Positions 62,483-64,000 of a DNA stretch of 64,000 bases are shown here, piece after piece. How positions within the stretch are numbered: the stretch's first letter is position 1; each line of letters begins with the position of its first letter. Position numbers and translations under genes: made by a program. The notes below the pieces were generated by a model. That model was not told where the DNA came from, made no database searches, and saw only the letters and a list, made by a program, of their open reading frames with translations. The stretch is from Macrostomum lignano (taxonomy: Eukaryota), in the NCBI GenBank assembly GCA_002269645.1, contig NIVC01000142.1, forward strand, positions 186,001 to 250,000, read 5' to 3'.

Positions 62483-64000
62483 TGCACCGTCACTGTGACT
62501 CCCTCTGCACCGTCACTGTGACTCCCTCTGCACCGTCACTGTGACTCACTCTGCACCGTCACTGTGACTCACTCTGCACCGTCACTGTGACTCACTCTGC
62601 ACCGGTACTGTGACTCACTCTGCACCGTCACTGTGACTCACTCTGCACCGTCACTGTGACTCACTCTGCACCGTCACTGTGACTCACTCTGCACCGTCAC
62701 TGTGACTCACTCTGCACCGGTACTGTGACTCACTCTGCACCGTCACTGTGACTCACTCTGCACCGTCACTGTGACTCACTCTGCACCGTCACTGTGACTC
62801 ACTCTGCACCGTCACTGTGACTCACTCTGCACCGTCACTGTGACTCACTCTGCACCGTCACTGTGACTCACTCTGCACCGTCACTGTGACTCACTCTGCA
62901 CCGTCACTGTGACTCACTCTGCACCGTCACTGTGACTCACTCTGCACCGTCACTGTGACTCCCTCTGCACCGTCACTGTGACTCACTCTGCACCGTCACT
63001 GTGACTCACTCTGCACCGTCACTGTGACTCACTCTGCACCGTCACTGTGACTCACTCTGCACCGTCACTGTGACTCACTCTGCACCGTCACTGTGACTCA
63101 CTCTGCACCGTCACTGTGACTCACTCTGCACCGTCACTGTGACTCACTCTGAACCGTCACTGTGACTCACTCTGCACCGGTACTGTGACTCACTCTGCAC
63201 CGTCACTGTGACTCACTCTGCACCGTCACTGTGACTCACTCTGCACCGTCACTGTGACTCACTCTGCACCGTCACTGTGACTCACTCTGAACCGTCACTG
63301 TGACTCACTCTGCACCGGTACTGTGACTCACTCTGCACCGTCACTGTGACTCACTCTGCACCGTCACTGTGACTCACTCTGCACCGTCACTGTGACTCAC
63401 TCTGCACCGTCACTGTGACTCACTCTGCACCGTCACTGTGACTCACTCTGAACCGTCACTGTGACTCACTCTGCACCGGTACTGTGACTCACTCTGCACC
63501 GTCACTGTGACTCACTCTGCACCGTCACTGTGACTCACTCTGCACCGTCACTGTGACTCACTCTGCACCGGTACTGTGACTCACTCTGCACCGTCACTGT
63601 GACTCACTCTGCACCGTCACTGTGACTCACTCTGCACCGTCACTGTGACTCACTCTGCACCGGTACTGTGACTCACTCTGCACCGGTACTGTGACTCACT
63701 CTGCACCGTCACTGTGACTCACTCTGAACCGTCACTGTGACTCACTCTGCACCGGTACTGTGACTCACTCTGCACCGTCACTGTGACTCACTCTGCACCG
63801 TCACTGTGACTCACTCTGCACCGTCACTGTGACTCACTCTGCACCGGTACTGTGACTCACTCTGCACCGTCACTGTGACTCACTCTGCACCGTCACTGTG
63901 ACTCACTCTGCACCGTCACTGTGACTCACTCTGCACCGGTACTGTGACTCACTCTGCACCGGTACTGTGACTCACTCTGCACCGTCACTGTGACTCACTC
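62483..64000. repeat. 23-bp minisatellite (TGCACCGTCACTGTGACTCACTC)n running off the window
   Basis: About 65 near-perfect units. Confidence 0.98.

Noticed and set aside
61108-62521. 408-aa + strand ORF and neighbouring repeat ORFs
   Set aside because: An 11/22-bp repeat plus the antisense shadow of the Ig exon

Overview
Eukaryotic (animal) genomic DNA. GC-rich exons with poly-GGC/CAG runs sit in AT-rich introns packed with minisatellites; about 40 distinct arrays cover roughly 40% of the window by my rough sum. The style resembles the free-living flatworm Macrostomum, but that is an inference. Gene models built by hand from splice sites and phase continuity: (1) a 2-exon DEG/ENaC channel on - (1273-5191); (2) a weak 3-exon orphan candidate on - (8870-11747); (3) a complete 4-exon MORN5 on + (15619-17663); (4) a 16-exon uncharacterised ~1276-aa helical-repeat-like protein on + (29737-47610); (5) a highly divergent 5-exon nicastrin on + (49145-53579); (6) the 3' part of a Turtle/IGSF9-like Ig-FN3-TM adhesion gene on - (57183-62463, continuing past the right edge). 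Mobile elements: a young internally deleted IS630-Tc1-mariner element with 154-bp TIRs, an 817-bp solo LTR with a 5-bp TSD, a hAT-like MITE candidate and two tRNA-derived SINE-like sequences. The most interesting observations are inverted 14-bp satellite arrays bracketing a frame-neutral exon pair, splice sites supplied by satellites, a dense TACATGTA cluster, non-canonical nicastrin and ENaC motifs, and a small structured-RNA candidate. Most long ORFs in the supplied track are tandem-repeat artefacts. No database searches were run; all family assignments come from recalled motifs.
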